64,000 nt of DNA, taken from assembly GCF_006345805.1 (NCBI RefSeq), contig NC_043022.1:24180001-24244000 (forward strand), written 5' to 3'. The notes beneath the pieces were generated by a model. That model ran no database searches and had not been told where the DNA came from. It saw only the letters and a program-made list of their open reading frames with translations. Of the stretch, positions 39,112 through 49,981 are shown piece after piece (the first letter of the stretch is position 1; each line of letters opens with the position of its first letter). The DNA is from Octopus sinensis. Taxonomy: Eukaryota. The translations under genes were made by a program, and so were the position numbers.

Positions 39112-40335
39112 CTTACAAAGGAAGACAATGGCAAGATTTAAAAAGGGTAGAGGGGGGTACGATTGAAGGTGGGGGGAAATGGTGGTGTGAGAGAGAGAGA
39201 AAGAGAGAGAGAGGGGGGAGAAGGAAAGAAAGAGGGAGAGAGAGAGAGAAAATTCAAAAGGAACAGAAGAAGAAGAAGAAGAATTGTTGAGAAGATAATT
39301 GAATAAATTCCTAGCTGAACTGGTGACAGTTTGTGGAGGAGTGGTGTGGTGACGAGTGTGAGTGTGAGTGGAGGCGGAAGTAATTACTCACACTTTGCTG
39401 TTTCACACTGCAGTTATGGGGCTCCATCAACGAAGTGGTTCATTTTAATGAAGTCTTCTTCTTCAGAATGGAAAATTAAAGGGCCATGTACAGTGGGGGA
39501 TATCACCATCACCATCACCACAAACATCATCATAGCCATTATTGTTGTAATCACCAGTACCACCACCAACACCACCACCACCACCATCATTAGTCATCGT
39601 CGTTATCATCATCACTGCAACCATCATCATCATCATCATTGTGTCATTGTTCTTCTCACCACCACCACCATAGTCATTGCCACCTCCACCATCACAATAA
39701 CAACACCATCTCAATCCCAATGCTATCATCCCCATCACTATCCTTACTCTTACTGTCACTCCTACCAACATCACCAGCACCACCATCATCATAATAACAA
39801 CACCACTTATATACCCCCATCACCACCACTACCACTATCACCATTACCACTACTATCATTATAACCACTGGTGCAGTTTTCTACAACCACAGCTGTTGTC
39901 ACTACCACAGCTGCCATCACTCATCATCATCATCATCATCATCATCATTTAACGTCCATTTTCCAAGCTGGCATGGGTTGGATGGTTTGAGAGGAGCTGC
40001 TAAGGCCAGGGGCTGCACCAGATTCCATTGTCTGCCATTGCTTGGTTTCTATGACTAGATGCCTTTCCTATGTGTTATAATCTCCATGCTGCTACTGCTA
40101 CTACTACTACTTTAGTTTGCTCGACTAAAGGCGGTGCTCCAGCATGGCCACAGTCAAATGACTGAAACGAGTAAAAGAGTAAAGAGTATTACAGGAAATA
40201 GAATAATCTGAATGCTAAATGGTTAAGCAAGCAGGGTGTGATTTGAGGGAGATTGTGGCTGCTATCTCTGCTCAGTCAAGTTTTTACATGGAGACTCTTC
40301 CACCAACTGGTGTACCAAACTCTTTAGAGAGGCAA

Positions 40336-40741
40336 GGATCTTTTCGGTTTGAACGGCAGTTTTTTCCAGCGGTGTCATATGAAATTGTCACCCATAACTA
40401 TGACCCTAGTATCGATCTATTGCATTTCAATCTGTTTTAGGGTTAGGGTTAGGGTTTGGGGTGGGGGGAAGGGTACCTTTTTTCTTCACAAATGTAAATA
40501 AACCCAATCTGTTTCTTAAACGAGGGACATAGTCATACGCCACAGAATGTTTTTTTTTACCTCAATAGATGTCATTGATTGGTTAAAATTGCAGAAATTG
40601 AAGAAAAAAACAACAAATATCTTACAAATTTTCTCAATAAAGCCAAGAGAAAAAGATGTTTTATAAACAGTATACGAAGTTTGAAATTTTTTAGTTACCT
40701 AGAAATTATGTTAAAAACTGCCGTTCAAACCGAAAAGATCC
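40336..40741 (+). mobile_element. Merlin-like MITE
   Basis: Same TIRs; degenerate TSD agaggcaa/aaggcaa; internal (TTAGGG)n. Confidence 0.8.
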
Positions 40742-40955
40742 AAGGCAAGTGTCCACAATAGATGTAGACAACCTACGGTCCTATACTGATCACAGCAGCG
40801 GAGATACAGCAGGGTTGCATTACGGTGCAGTATGGTGCAGGATGGTGTGGTGTAACAGTGGTGGTGGTCATGGTGGTGGCAAGTTCTTCCAGTGTTTAGA
40901 TGTCACAACAAAGCCAAACTAAAACAGCTTTAATGGAGGTTACCCACTCACTTAC

Positions 40956-41000
40956 CTCATCCTTCCTTACACATTTCTTTTTTCACAATAGAAAACATAA
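40956..41000 (-). other. Candidate non-coding (5'UTR) exon, 45 nt
   Basis: ttttattgtgttctgcgttcag|...GATGAG|gtaagt. Stops occur in all three frames. Confidence 0.35.
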
Positions 41001-41499
41001 CTGAACGCAGAACACAATAAAAGACAGGACATAATAGAAAATATGATAAACTCTTAATAACTAACAATGTGGGGAGAAGAGGAGAGGAGGAAGGAATGGT
41101 GAAGAGTGGGGGAGAGTAATTTGACAGTATTTATGGATGGGCTGGCGAGGAGGAGAGGAGAAAGAGGGAGAGAGAAGGGGGTTGAGGGTTGAGGGTACTT
41201 GGTGAAATCCTGACAGCTCTTCACCAAGAAATAAATACAGTCAGTGTCACAGAACACAATGATCAAAGCAGGAAGAAGTATAAAAAAAAAAAGAAAAACT
41301 GGATAAATTTTCAAGGATGACGGGGGTGCGGAGACTGCTGAGAGTGGGGAGGGGGTGGTCGCTACTGCTGCTGCACACCATATGTTTTTTTTTCCAAGAG
41401 ATGTCAATGCAACATGGTGATTAAAATACACTGCAATCAGAGAGTGCTGGGGTCCCTGTAACAGCTTCTCTTTTCCAGAACCGATGATGTTCAACGGCA

Positions 41500-41950
41500 G
41501 GCAGACACACAAAGCTCTCCCAAACACCCCACCGGACCGTTCATCCGCCCCACCACCACCAGCCCGGTTTGTCTACATCGTTAACTTACACCCGGCACAC
41601 CGAGCTAAAAAGTCCTGAGCCGATATAATTTGCCCATTAAATATAGTTTAGCAAGCTTACAATCCGTACAGTTCAAATGGCATGCGAAATTACTTCACAT
41701 GAGAACCTCTAATAGCTAGGCTAGGACAAGACGAGAACGCAAGGCAATGGAAGTGGGGGAGCAGACGTTGAGGGGGAGGGGGGGTCATTGAAAAGGGCAT
41801 CAATTTGGCAAGCGGCGCTGTGCAAGTAATTGTATATTAGTTAAAGAAGAAATGGAAGAGGAGGCCAGCGATTACGCCAACGAGCACTGCTTTTTAATAG
41901 CATTCATAAAAGAAGTTCAATTGAAGTCTTAGAGTAACCTTCTAAATACG
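41500..41950. promoter_or_regulatory. Unique CpG-enriched segment; candidate promoter/first exon or enhancer
   Basis: Transposon-free and CpG-rich relative to its flanks. Minus-strand donor GT|gtaagt at 41584-41589. Confidence 0.3.
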
Positions 41951-42762
41951 ATTCTGTCTGTGTGTGAGAGGGAGAGAGGAGGGAGAGAGAGGGAACAAGA
42001 AAGAGGGAGAGGGAGAGAGAGAGGGGAGAGAGAAAGAGGGGAGAGAGAAAGAGGGGAGAGAGAAAGAGGGGAGAGAGAAAGGGGGAGAGAGAGAGGGGAG
42101 AGAGAGAGAGCGGGGAGACAGGAGAGAGAAAGAGGGAGAGGGAGAGAGAAAGAAGGAGAGAGAAAGTGTGTGTGTGTGTGTGTCTATCTTTCTCTCTATA
42201 TTTCTCAGTCTGTCACAGAGTCTGTCTCAGTCTCTCACTGACAATCGGCTCAGCTGAGACAAGACTTCGTCTCAATTTGAAACTATTACACACCATTATC
42301 AACAGAATTAAAACAGAAACTGTTTCCCCCTCAGCCATTAGTAAATGCAAGAAAATTAGATTGAATAAACAAAGACATACATACACACGTGTATGCATGT
42401 GTGCATGTGTGTGCATGTGTGTGAGTGTGTGTGGGGGGTGGGGATGGGTTAAAGGTTTACTTCTCAACCACATCGGATTTCAGGTTCGGTCTGACCATTT
42501 GGCACTTTGGACCAAGTGTCTTCTGCTATAGCTTCAGGCCAATAAAAGTCTTGTGAGTGGGAAACTGAAAGTCTTGTGAGACGGAAACTGAAAGAAACCC
42601 ATCATACACAGAAACACACACACACGTGAATATCATCATCATCATCATCATCCTTTAACGTCCATTTTCCATGCTGGCATGGGTTGGATCGTTTGACAAG
42701 ACGAGGATGCAAGGTAATGGAGTGGGAGAGCGGACGTGGAGGGGAAGGGGGTCATTGAAAAG

Positions 42763-42991
42763 GGCGAGCTGGCAGAAACGTTAGCATGCCAGGCAAAATG
42801 TGTAGCCGTATTTCGCCTGCCGTTACGTTCTGAGTTCAAATTCCGCTGAGGTCGACTTTGCCTTTCATCCTTTCGAGGTCAATAAATTAAGTACCAATTA
42901 TGCACTGGGGTCAATGTAATCGACCTAATCTCTTTGTCTGTCCTTGTTTGTCCCATCTATGTTTAGCCCCTTGTGGGCGATAAAGAAATAA
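42763..42991 (+). mobile_element. Family B SINE, followed by a partial second copy to about 43125
   Basis: Same motifs as the 11283 copy. Confidence 0.85.
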
Positions 42992-43665
42992 GAAACTGAA
43001 AGAAGCCCATTGTCGATAAATTAAGTACCAGTTGCTTACCAGGGTCGATGTAATCGACTTAATCCATTTGTCTGTCCTTGTTTGTCCCCTCTGTGTTTAG
43101 CCCCTTGTGGGTAGTAAAGAAAGAGGTCTGACAAGAGCTGGCAAGGCCAGAAGCTGCATCAGGTTCCAGTCTGATTTGGCTTGCTTTCTACAGCTTGATA
43201 TCCTTCCAAGCACCAACCACTTTACAGAGAGTACAGGGTACTTTTTTTACATGGCACTAGCACCAGTGCCTTTTATGCAGCACAAGCACCAGAGATCTGG
43301 TTGTTATTTTTAGCAGATTGAGTGACTAGAGAACTCTCTCTCATTAGACTGTGTGTCGTTCACACAGAAAGCCAAGTGGAACATCACCTCACACCACTAA
43401 TCTCTAATGTAACAGCCAAGACCAGTGCTGGTGTGAAACGCCTTTTACTGGTTTTAGTCATTTGATTGCGGCCATGCTGGGGAATTGCTTTGAAGAATTT
43501 TTAATTAAATGAATCAACTACAGTACTTTTATTTCTAAAGTCTGGTACTTATTTCAATGGTTTCTTTTGCTGGACCACTAAGTTATGAGGATGTAAACAC
43601 AGACAAAAAGACAGACACACATAGTCACACACATATATATATACAATGGGCTTCTTTCAGTTTCT

Positions 43666-44080
43666 TATTTCTTTATTGCCCAAAAGGGGCTAAACATAGA
43701 GGGGGCAAAAAAGGACAGACAAAGAGATTAGGTCAATTACATTGACCCCAGTGCGTAACTGGAACTTAATTTATCGACCCCGAAAGGATGAAAGGCAAAG
43801 TCGACCTCAGCGGAATTTGAACTCAGAACATAATGGCAGACAAAATACCTTTTTCTTTACTACCCACAAGGGGCTAAACACAGAGGGGACAAACAAGGAC
43901 AGACCAACGGATTAAGTCGATTACATCGACCCCAGTGCGTAACTGGTACTTAATTTATCAACCCCGAAAGGATGAAAGGCAAAGTCGACCTCAGTGGAAT
44001 TTGAACTCAGAATGTAACGGCAGACGAAATACGGCTATACATTTTGCCCGGCGTGCTAACGTTCCTGGCAGCTCGCCACC
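43666..44080 (-). mobile_element. Two tandem family B SINE copies
   Basis: Repeated gtcgacctcag..gaatttgaactcagaa blocks. Confidence 0.85.
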
Positions 44081-44956
44081 TTTCAGTTTCTGTCTACTAA
44101 AATCACTCACAAGGCTTTAGTCAGTCCGAGGCTATAGTACGAGATAGTTGCCCAAGGTGCCACAAAGTGGGATGAACTCTGAAGCCGGAGGTTTAGAAGC
44201 AAACTTCTTATTACACAGCCATGCTCAAAAAAAAAAAGCTCCCAGTACATGGTGTAATGTAGTTAGTGCTAAGAAGAGCATCCATCTGTAGAAACCATAC
44301 CAAAGTGGACATTGGAGCATGATGCAGTCTTTGCACCTACTGGACCCTAATCAAATCATCCAACCCATGGCAGCATTGAACATGGACAGTAAATGACTGC
44401 CCTTATAAGCAGAGAAAACGGACATTCAAGGATGATGATGATGATGACAACATGTTAACCTTTCCAGAAGTAGGCTTCCTCTCCAAGGCCAGAAAATCCT
44501 CTGGGAGAGCGAACTTAGATAATGGGCACTGCACCTCTATCCTCAAATAAAAAAGAAAAATGAAAATAAAAACAATGATAAAAAATGAATAAATAAAATC
44601 CACCCCTTTCAAAGAAGTTAATGAGAAAATGGAACTAAAACAGAACAAAAGGCTAAAGTGAGTTATCAGTTATTAATTAAGAGAAAAAAAAAACAATACT
44701 AATTAAGATAATAGCACTTACTATTTTACTTAAAATGTCTCAAAAATGACTGTTCTATTCAAGTTTTATGCCATTCATCATTCAGGCTAATTTATCAAGA
44801 GACCACGGAGAGAGAGAGAGAGAAAGAGAGAGACAGTGTGTGTGTGTGTGTGAGAGAGAGACAGCGTGTGTGTGTGTGAGAGAGAGAGAGACAGCGTGTG
44901 TGTGAGAGAGAGAGAGAGACAGCGTGTGTGTGTGAGGAGAGAGAGAGAGAGACAGT

Positions 44957-44991
<35 letters not shown>

Positions 44992-45466
44992 CAAGAGAGT
45001 GGATTATGTCCGGCTAATTATTGCAAATTTGATTACAATGCCAAACAGCTTTTCAAGTTAATTAAATACTATCTAGACAAATTTACCAGGCCTCCAATTA
45101 TGAACGTAAAAATTATACTATTATATACACGTGTCCGTGTGCACACACACTCACTCACTGCATGTCAATTACATACAAACATATCTTTATACAGAAACAT
45201 TTATTCATACATACTGGCATTTGTACTGGTGCCGCATAAAATACACTTGTTTTGGTGCCATGGAAAGGCACTTGCGCCAGTGCCATGGAAAGGCACTTGT
45301 GCTTGTAGTAAGTAATAGGACCCAGCACACTCTGTAAAGTGGTTGGCATCAGGAAGGGCATCCAACTGTAGAAATGAAGCCAAAACAGAGAACTGGAGCC
45401 TGGCCAGCTCCTGTCAAGTTGTCCAACCCATGCCAGCATGGAAAATGGATGTTAAATAATGATATA

Positions 45467-45499
<33 letters not shown>

Positions 45500-45511
45500 C
45501 AAAATGTGACC

Positions 45512-45714
45512 GCGTGTGTACCATTGGCTATTTTTTCCCTCCGTCTTCCCTTCTCTGGATCTTTCCTTTTCCTATGTTTCTGACGAAGAGCTCCGCTCGA
45601 AACGTAAAACCCTCCTTCTTCCCTTCCTTCCTGAGCATCCAATAATACTATATTTGTTCCATGTCCTTGCATTGTTGTGTTTTCTCTTTGTGTTTTCATG
45701 TTTGGATTCATGTT
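45512..45714 (+). mobile_element. Penelope-like (pLTR-type) repeat carrying a hammerhead motif
   Basis: Pyrimidine-rich element around a hammerhead core. A related element lies at about 53607-53765(-) and shares ttcctgagcat. Confidence 0.6.
45576..45610 (+). ncRNA. Minimal type I hammerhead ribozyme motif
   Basis: GUUU-CUGACGA-A-GAGC UCC GCUC-GAAA-C-GUA^-AAAC, with a palindromic ACGU stem III. Confidence 0.75.
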
Positions 45715-45731
45715 ATATATATATATATATA

Positions 45732-45770
<39 letters not shown>

Positions 45771-45771
<1 letters not shown>

Positions 45772-46949
45772 AGGGTGCAGTGGATAAACTGTTGTCTAAA
45801 TTACATGAAAAGGAAAATAACACTGACATTTCATTTAAACAGATATATTTACCAAAATTACATAAAATTATTTTGAAATACTAAAGAGTAAATCTATTCA
45901 ATGAAATCACCATTTGCTTCAACGACTGTCTCCAGACGACTTTGGAATCTCCTGCAACTCTTCTGGATGGCTTCCTTGTTTAAGTTGGTGAATGCTGCCA
46001 TAATCCTTGCCTTCAGTTCATCTTTGGTGTTACAAAGAGTTTTGTTGGTCTCTCACTCAACTGTGCCCCACACATAATAATCAAAAGGGTTTCAGTTTGG
46101 GGAGTTAGGTGGCCAGGTGTTAGGGGTGATGTGGTCGCAGAAATTGTCTGATAGACATGACTGGGTTCTCCTGCTTGTGTGGCATGGTGCAGAGTCCTGT
46201 TGTCGAACATAGGGTCTTCAAGTAACTACCTTCTTGACCCAGGGCAGTACTACCTCCTCCAGGAACTTGATGTAGGCCTCCATGTTGAGTCTGCGTCCAT
46301 GTGGGAAGATGATTGGAGGCACAGCATCACCATCACTAGTGATCACTCCAAACATTATGATGTTGACTGGATGTTTGATTTTTATCACTTTCGGTACATG
46401 TCCTCAGATTGACACCCAAACACTTGTACTGGAGCTTCCAGCATGAATGCCAAGCAGTACAGCATGTCGTTTCCAAATTTCTGACAAAGTGAATTGCATC
46501 ATGGTGCTGTTTTTCTCACAGATGATGCCCAACTGACCCTACTATACTGTGTAGTTGACAAAATCAAGAACAAACAATACGCATGCACAAAATTCAGTGT
46601 TGGTGGCACGTAAGAGAACCATCCGAATGTGACCATAGCCAGCACCGCATCGACTGGCCTCCGTGCCGGTGGCACGTAACAAACACCATATGAGCATGGC
46701 CGTTTGCCAGCCTCACCTGGCACCTGTGCCGGTGGCACGTAAACAGCACCCACTACACTCATGGAGTGGTTGGCATTAGGAAGGGCATCCAGCTGTAGAA
46801 ACGCTGCCAGATCTGACTGGCCTGGTGCAGCCTTCAGGCTTCCCAGACCCCAGTTGAACCGTCCAACCCATGCTAGCATGGAAAGCGGACGTTAAACGGT
46901 GATGATGATGATGATGATAAAATGGTGACAATTTACCCATTACACCCTG
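45771..46949 (-). mobile_element. Internally deleted Tc1/mariner transposon of the maT (DD37D) type, with a nested RTE-tail copy
   Basis: TA-flanked TIRs cagggtg...caccctg. Minus-strand remnant 45894-46407 reads QQDSAPCH..WPPNSP.NPFDYYVW, with 37 residues between the last two Asp; it contains stops. Confidence 0.85.
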
Positions 46950-46952
46950 TAT

Positions 46953-47175
46953 AAACAAAGGGGTGCTGAAATGTCTTTGGCTTTAAGGGTATTAAAGAAG
47001 GCTATATTGGGGGCCCAACCTTCTGAATTCTTTTACAGGGCTTGGAAAAACTGAAGGATTACTGCAATAAGTTTGTGAATCTGAAGAGGAGAATATGTTG
47101 AATGAAATGATAATTAACTGATCCTCCTGTATTTTCTTTTACCCAAAGCCAGGAACTTTTCAGCAGACCCTTGTA
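46953..47175 (+). mobile_element. Non-autonomous mariner deletion derivative
   Basis: Imperfect TIRs (caaaggggtgctgaaatgtctttggcttt / aaagccaggaacttttcagcagacccttgta). Retains a degenerate transposase C-terminus (GLEKLK...EYVE*). Confidence 0.7.
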
Positions 47176-47902
47176 CACCCCAGCTGTAGCAACACTCTGA
47201 TCTTTACAGTCGCCAGTAAGCTTTGTGATAGTGAGTGCACTACTACTGTCTGTTTGTCTTTCGTTTTTCTTCTCTCGCCTCCACCAAGAGTCCTCCTCCT
47301 CCTCCCCCTCCCCACAATTAGCACCGCAAATATTCTTGGCAACATTTCCTACCATGTTTTGATGTCATGTCGATTTTCGAAAACTACATGTAAAATAAAC
47401 AGAAACACCATCCCAGTTGGCAGCTCTTGCACAAATACTGATATTTAAACTAATGAACTTAGTATAAATTAACAATATTAGTTAGCGAAAAGTGCTAGCT
47501 GCAATAATGAAACAGTGTGCCTTGACGCTGTTGTTGTTGTTGGTGGTGGTGTCTTCCTCTTCTTTTTTCTTTTCTTTCCTTCTTTTTTGCTTAATTGGCG
47601 TTAACGAATATATTTCAGAGAAATTTACTTCCTAATAACTGTGTTGTTTCCCAACAAAGATCTTTATTTTCCACTGATTCCATTGTCAGGCACCATTAAC
47701 TGAAATATTTCTTCTTCATAATTGCATTCTTGGGGGATTTGTTTGTTTGTTTTTTTTATAGTTTTTTTTCTTTCTGGTTATTGGTTTTTTTTGTGGGGGA
47801 GAGGAGGGGGTTAGTGCGTGTCTATATGTGTATTTTAATGTACGTATGTATGTGCGTGTATCTCTCAGTATGTCTTTCAATCTCTCACTCGCTTTCTCTC
47901 TC

Positions 47903-47945
<43 letters not shown>

Positions 47946-47959
47946 AGTGCACATACATC

Positions 47960-47992
<33 letters not shown>

Positions 47993-48699
47993 GCCATCTT
48001 ACTCCAGCATTCATCACAGTATCTTTGCACTGTTGTAATTTGTTATTCTGAAACTCTCTGCAGAAATACGCTGAAGTGTCTAAAGCTATTGTGTGTGTGT
48101 ATGTATATACATGTGTGCACACATACACACACATGCATATATATGTGCATACGTATATACGTGTCCCTATGTGCGTGTGTATATATGTGTATCTGTATGT
48201 GTGTATATATGGAGAGAAAACACTGCACTCCCCACACCCCACCTCAAGGCACTTTCTCAATGTGAGGGGTAGTCACTTTAGTACTACACTTCTATCTCTA
48301 CTACAAACCTGCATTCTCCTCTCTTTTCTTATTTTTTTTTTATCGTTCTCTCATCAGTAGATTATGTAAAATAGCATCCCTTATCTTTCATATCTCCATA
48401 CACACCCAACCCCACCACACACACACACACTTTGCTGCACCTGGAATTTTTTGTAATTTATCTTTCTGCATTGACTGTTTTTTTTCTTTTATAATCAATG
48501 TTTTTTGTTTGCTTTTTTCTTTTGATTTTTTTTTTCTTCACTTCAATTTTTTTTCTTTTTCTCCAACTTGTCTTGAAATCTCATTTCAAATTTGATGATT
48601 TAAGACTTGAGCTTGTGTTTAGCTCTGCATATGTCTGTCTGTGTGTCTATCTGTCTCTCTCTCTCTCTTTAACAATATAAAACATAAGCTGCTATTTAG

Positions 48700-48990
48700 C
48701 TCTCACAGAAATTTAGATGTGACCTTGGTCTTAGTCAGAAAATTTATGATGTGGTATTTAGATACATCTTGGTCATAGAAAATTTACCATGTGTTATTTA
48801 GCTGTTTCTTGGTCTAATTCATAAAATTTATGATGTGTTATTTAGCTATTTCTTGGTCATAGTCAGAAAATTTATGATGTGGTATTTAGATGTGTCTTGC
48901 TCATAGAAAATCTATGATGTGAGAGTTTGATGCTCCGTGGTCATAATCATTAAATTTATGATGTATTATTTTTTGATCTTAGAAAATTAT
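48700..48990. repeat. Degenerate ~40-45 bp tandem repeat (agaaaatttatgatgtggtatttag..cttggtcat)
   Basis: Direct inspection; about 6 units. Confidence 0.8.
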
Positions 48991-49105
48991 GATGTGGTCT
49001 CCATCAAAAACAAGGTTGACCTCAGTGAAACTTTTTTCACCTTTGATAATAACAACAACAATAATATTAATAATGATTTCAAATTTTGGCACAGGACCAG
49101 CATTT

Positions 49106-49406
49106 CATGGCCTAGTGGTTAGAGCAGCGGACTCGCGGTCGAGGGATCGTGGGTTCGAATCTCAGACCGGGCGATGTGTGTGTTTATGAGCGAAACACCT
49201 AAGCTCCACGCGGCTCCGGTAGAAGGTAGTGGTGAACTTCTGCTGACTCTTTCGCCACAGCTTTCTCTCACTCTTTCCTCCTGCATCTTGCAGCTCACCT
49301 GCGATGGACTGGCGTCCTGTCCAGGTGGGGAACCTATACGCCAAGAAACTGGGGAACCGGCCCTTATGAGCCAAACATGGCTCGAGAAGGAACAAGCAAC
49401 AGCAAC
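49106..49406 (+). mobile_element. Family D tRNA-SINE. Other copies at 1416-1720(-) and 58064-58358(-)
   Basis: Family C-like head with a different tail (gatggactggcgtcctgtcc..ggctcgagaaggaacaa(caa)n). Confidence 0.85.
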
Positions 49407-49615
49407 ATTTGAGGGGTGGGGGTATTGATTACATCAACCCCAGTACTCAACTGTTACTTGTTTTATTGACCCCACCCCCCAAAAGGATGAAAAATAAAGT
49501 CAACTTCAGCAGAATTTAAACTTGGAATATGAAAGATGGACAAAATACTGCTAAGCATCTCGTCCAGCATGCTAATGATTCTGTCAGCCTGCTGCCTTAG
49601 ACAATAATATTAACA

Positions 49616-49981
49616 ACTAGCACTATGACCTGGAAATGCTGGGTCATAGTGCTAGTGCATGCATATACAGCTGCGTGCGTGTGCACATACACGTGAGTAC
49701 TGTCCAAATCGCCGACCAATCACATACAGCTAGCTGGCATTCAATTAGCGTATCAAGTTTTGGGCATTTTGATTGGGTTTTGGATAGAAAATTCACAAAA
49801 AAGTCACTTCTACTGATTTTTTAATGGCTTTGCGGGGTGACTGGGGAAATGTAAAGATGTGCACGACCACCCTTGGACGGTTTTGAATGACCATAGAAAG
49901 TGCGAGTCCTCTAACTGAAAAATTGTGGATTTGTATAAAGGACACACACACAGACATTTTGCCGTGTATATATATAGAGAT
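49616..49981 (+). mobile_element. Probable non-autonomous Helentron/DINE-1-like element
   Basis: Starts actagc, has a (CA)n near the 3' end, and finishes gccgtgtatatatatagagat, the end structure typical of HINE-type elements. Confidence 0.45.

Noticed and set aside
44460-44541. 82-nt minus-strand exon candidate (IEVQCPLSKFALPEDFLALERKPTSGK), phase-compatible with the 117-nt exon
   Set aside because: Weak donor (gttaac). Similar chance candidates are common, e.g. near 48000-48056.
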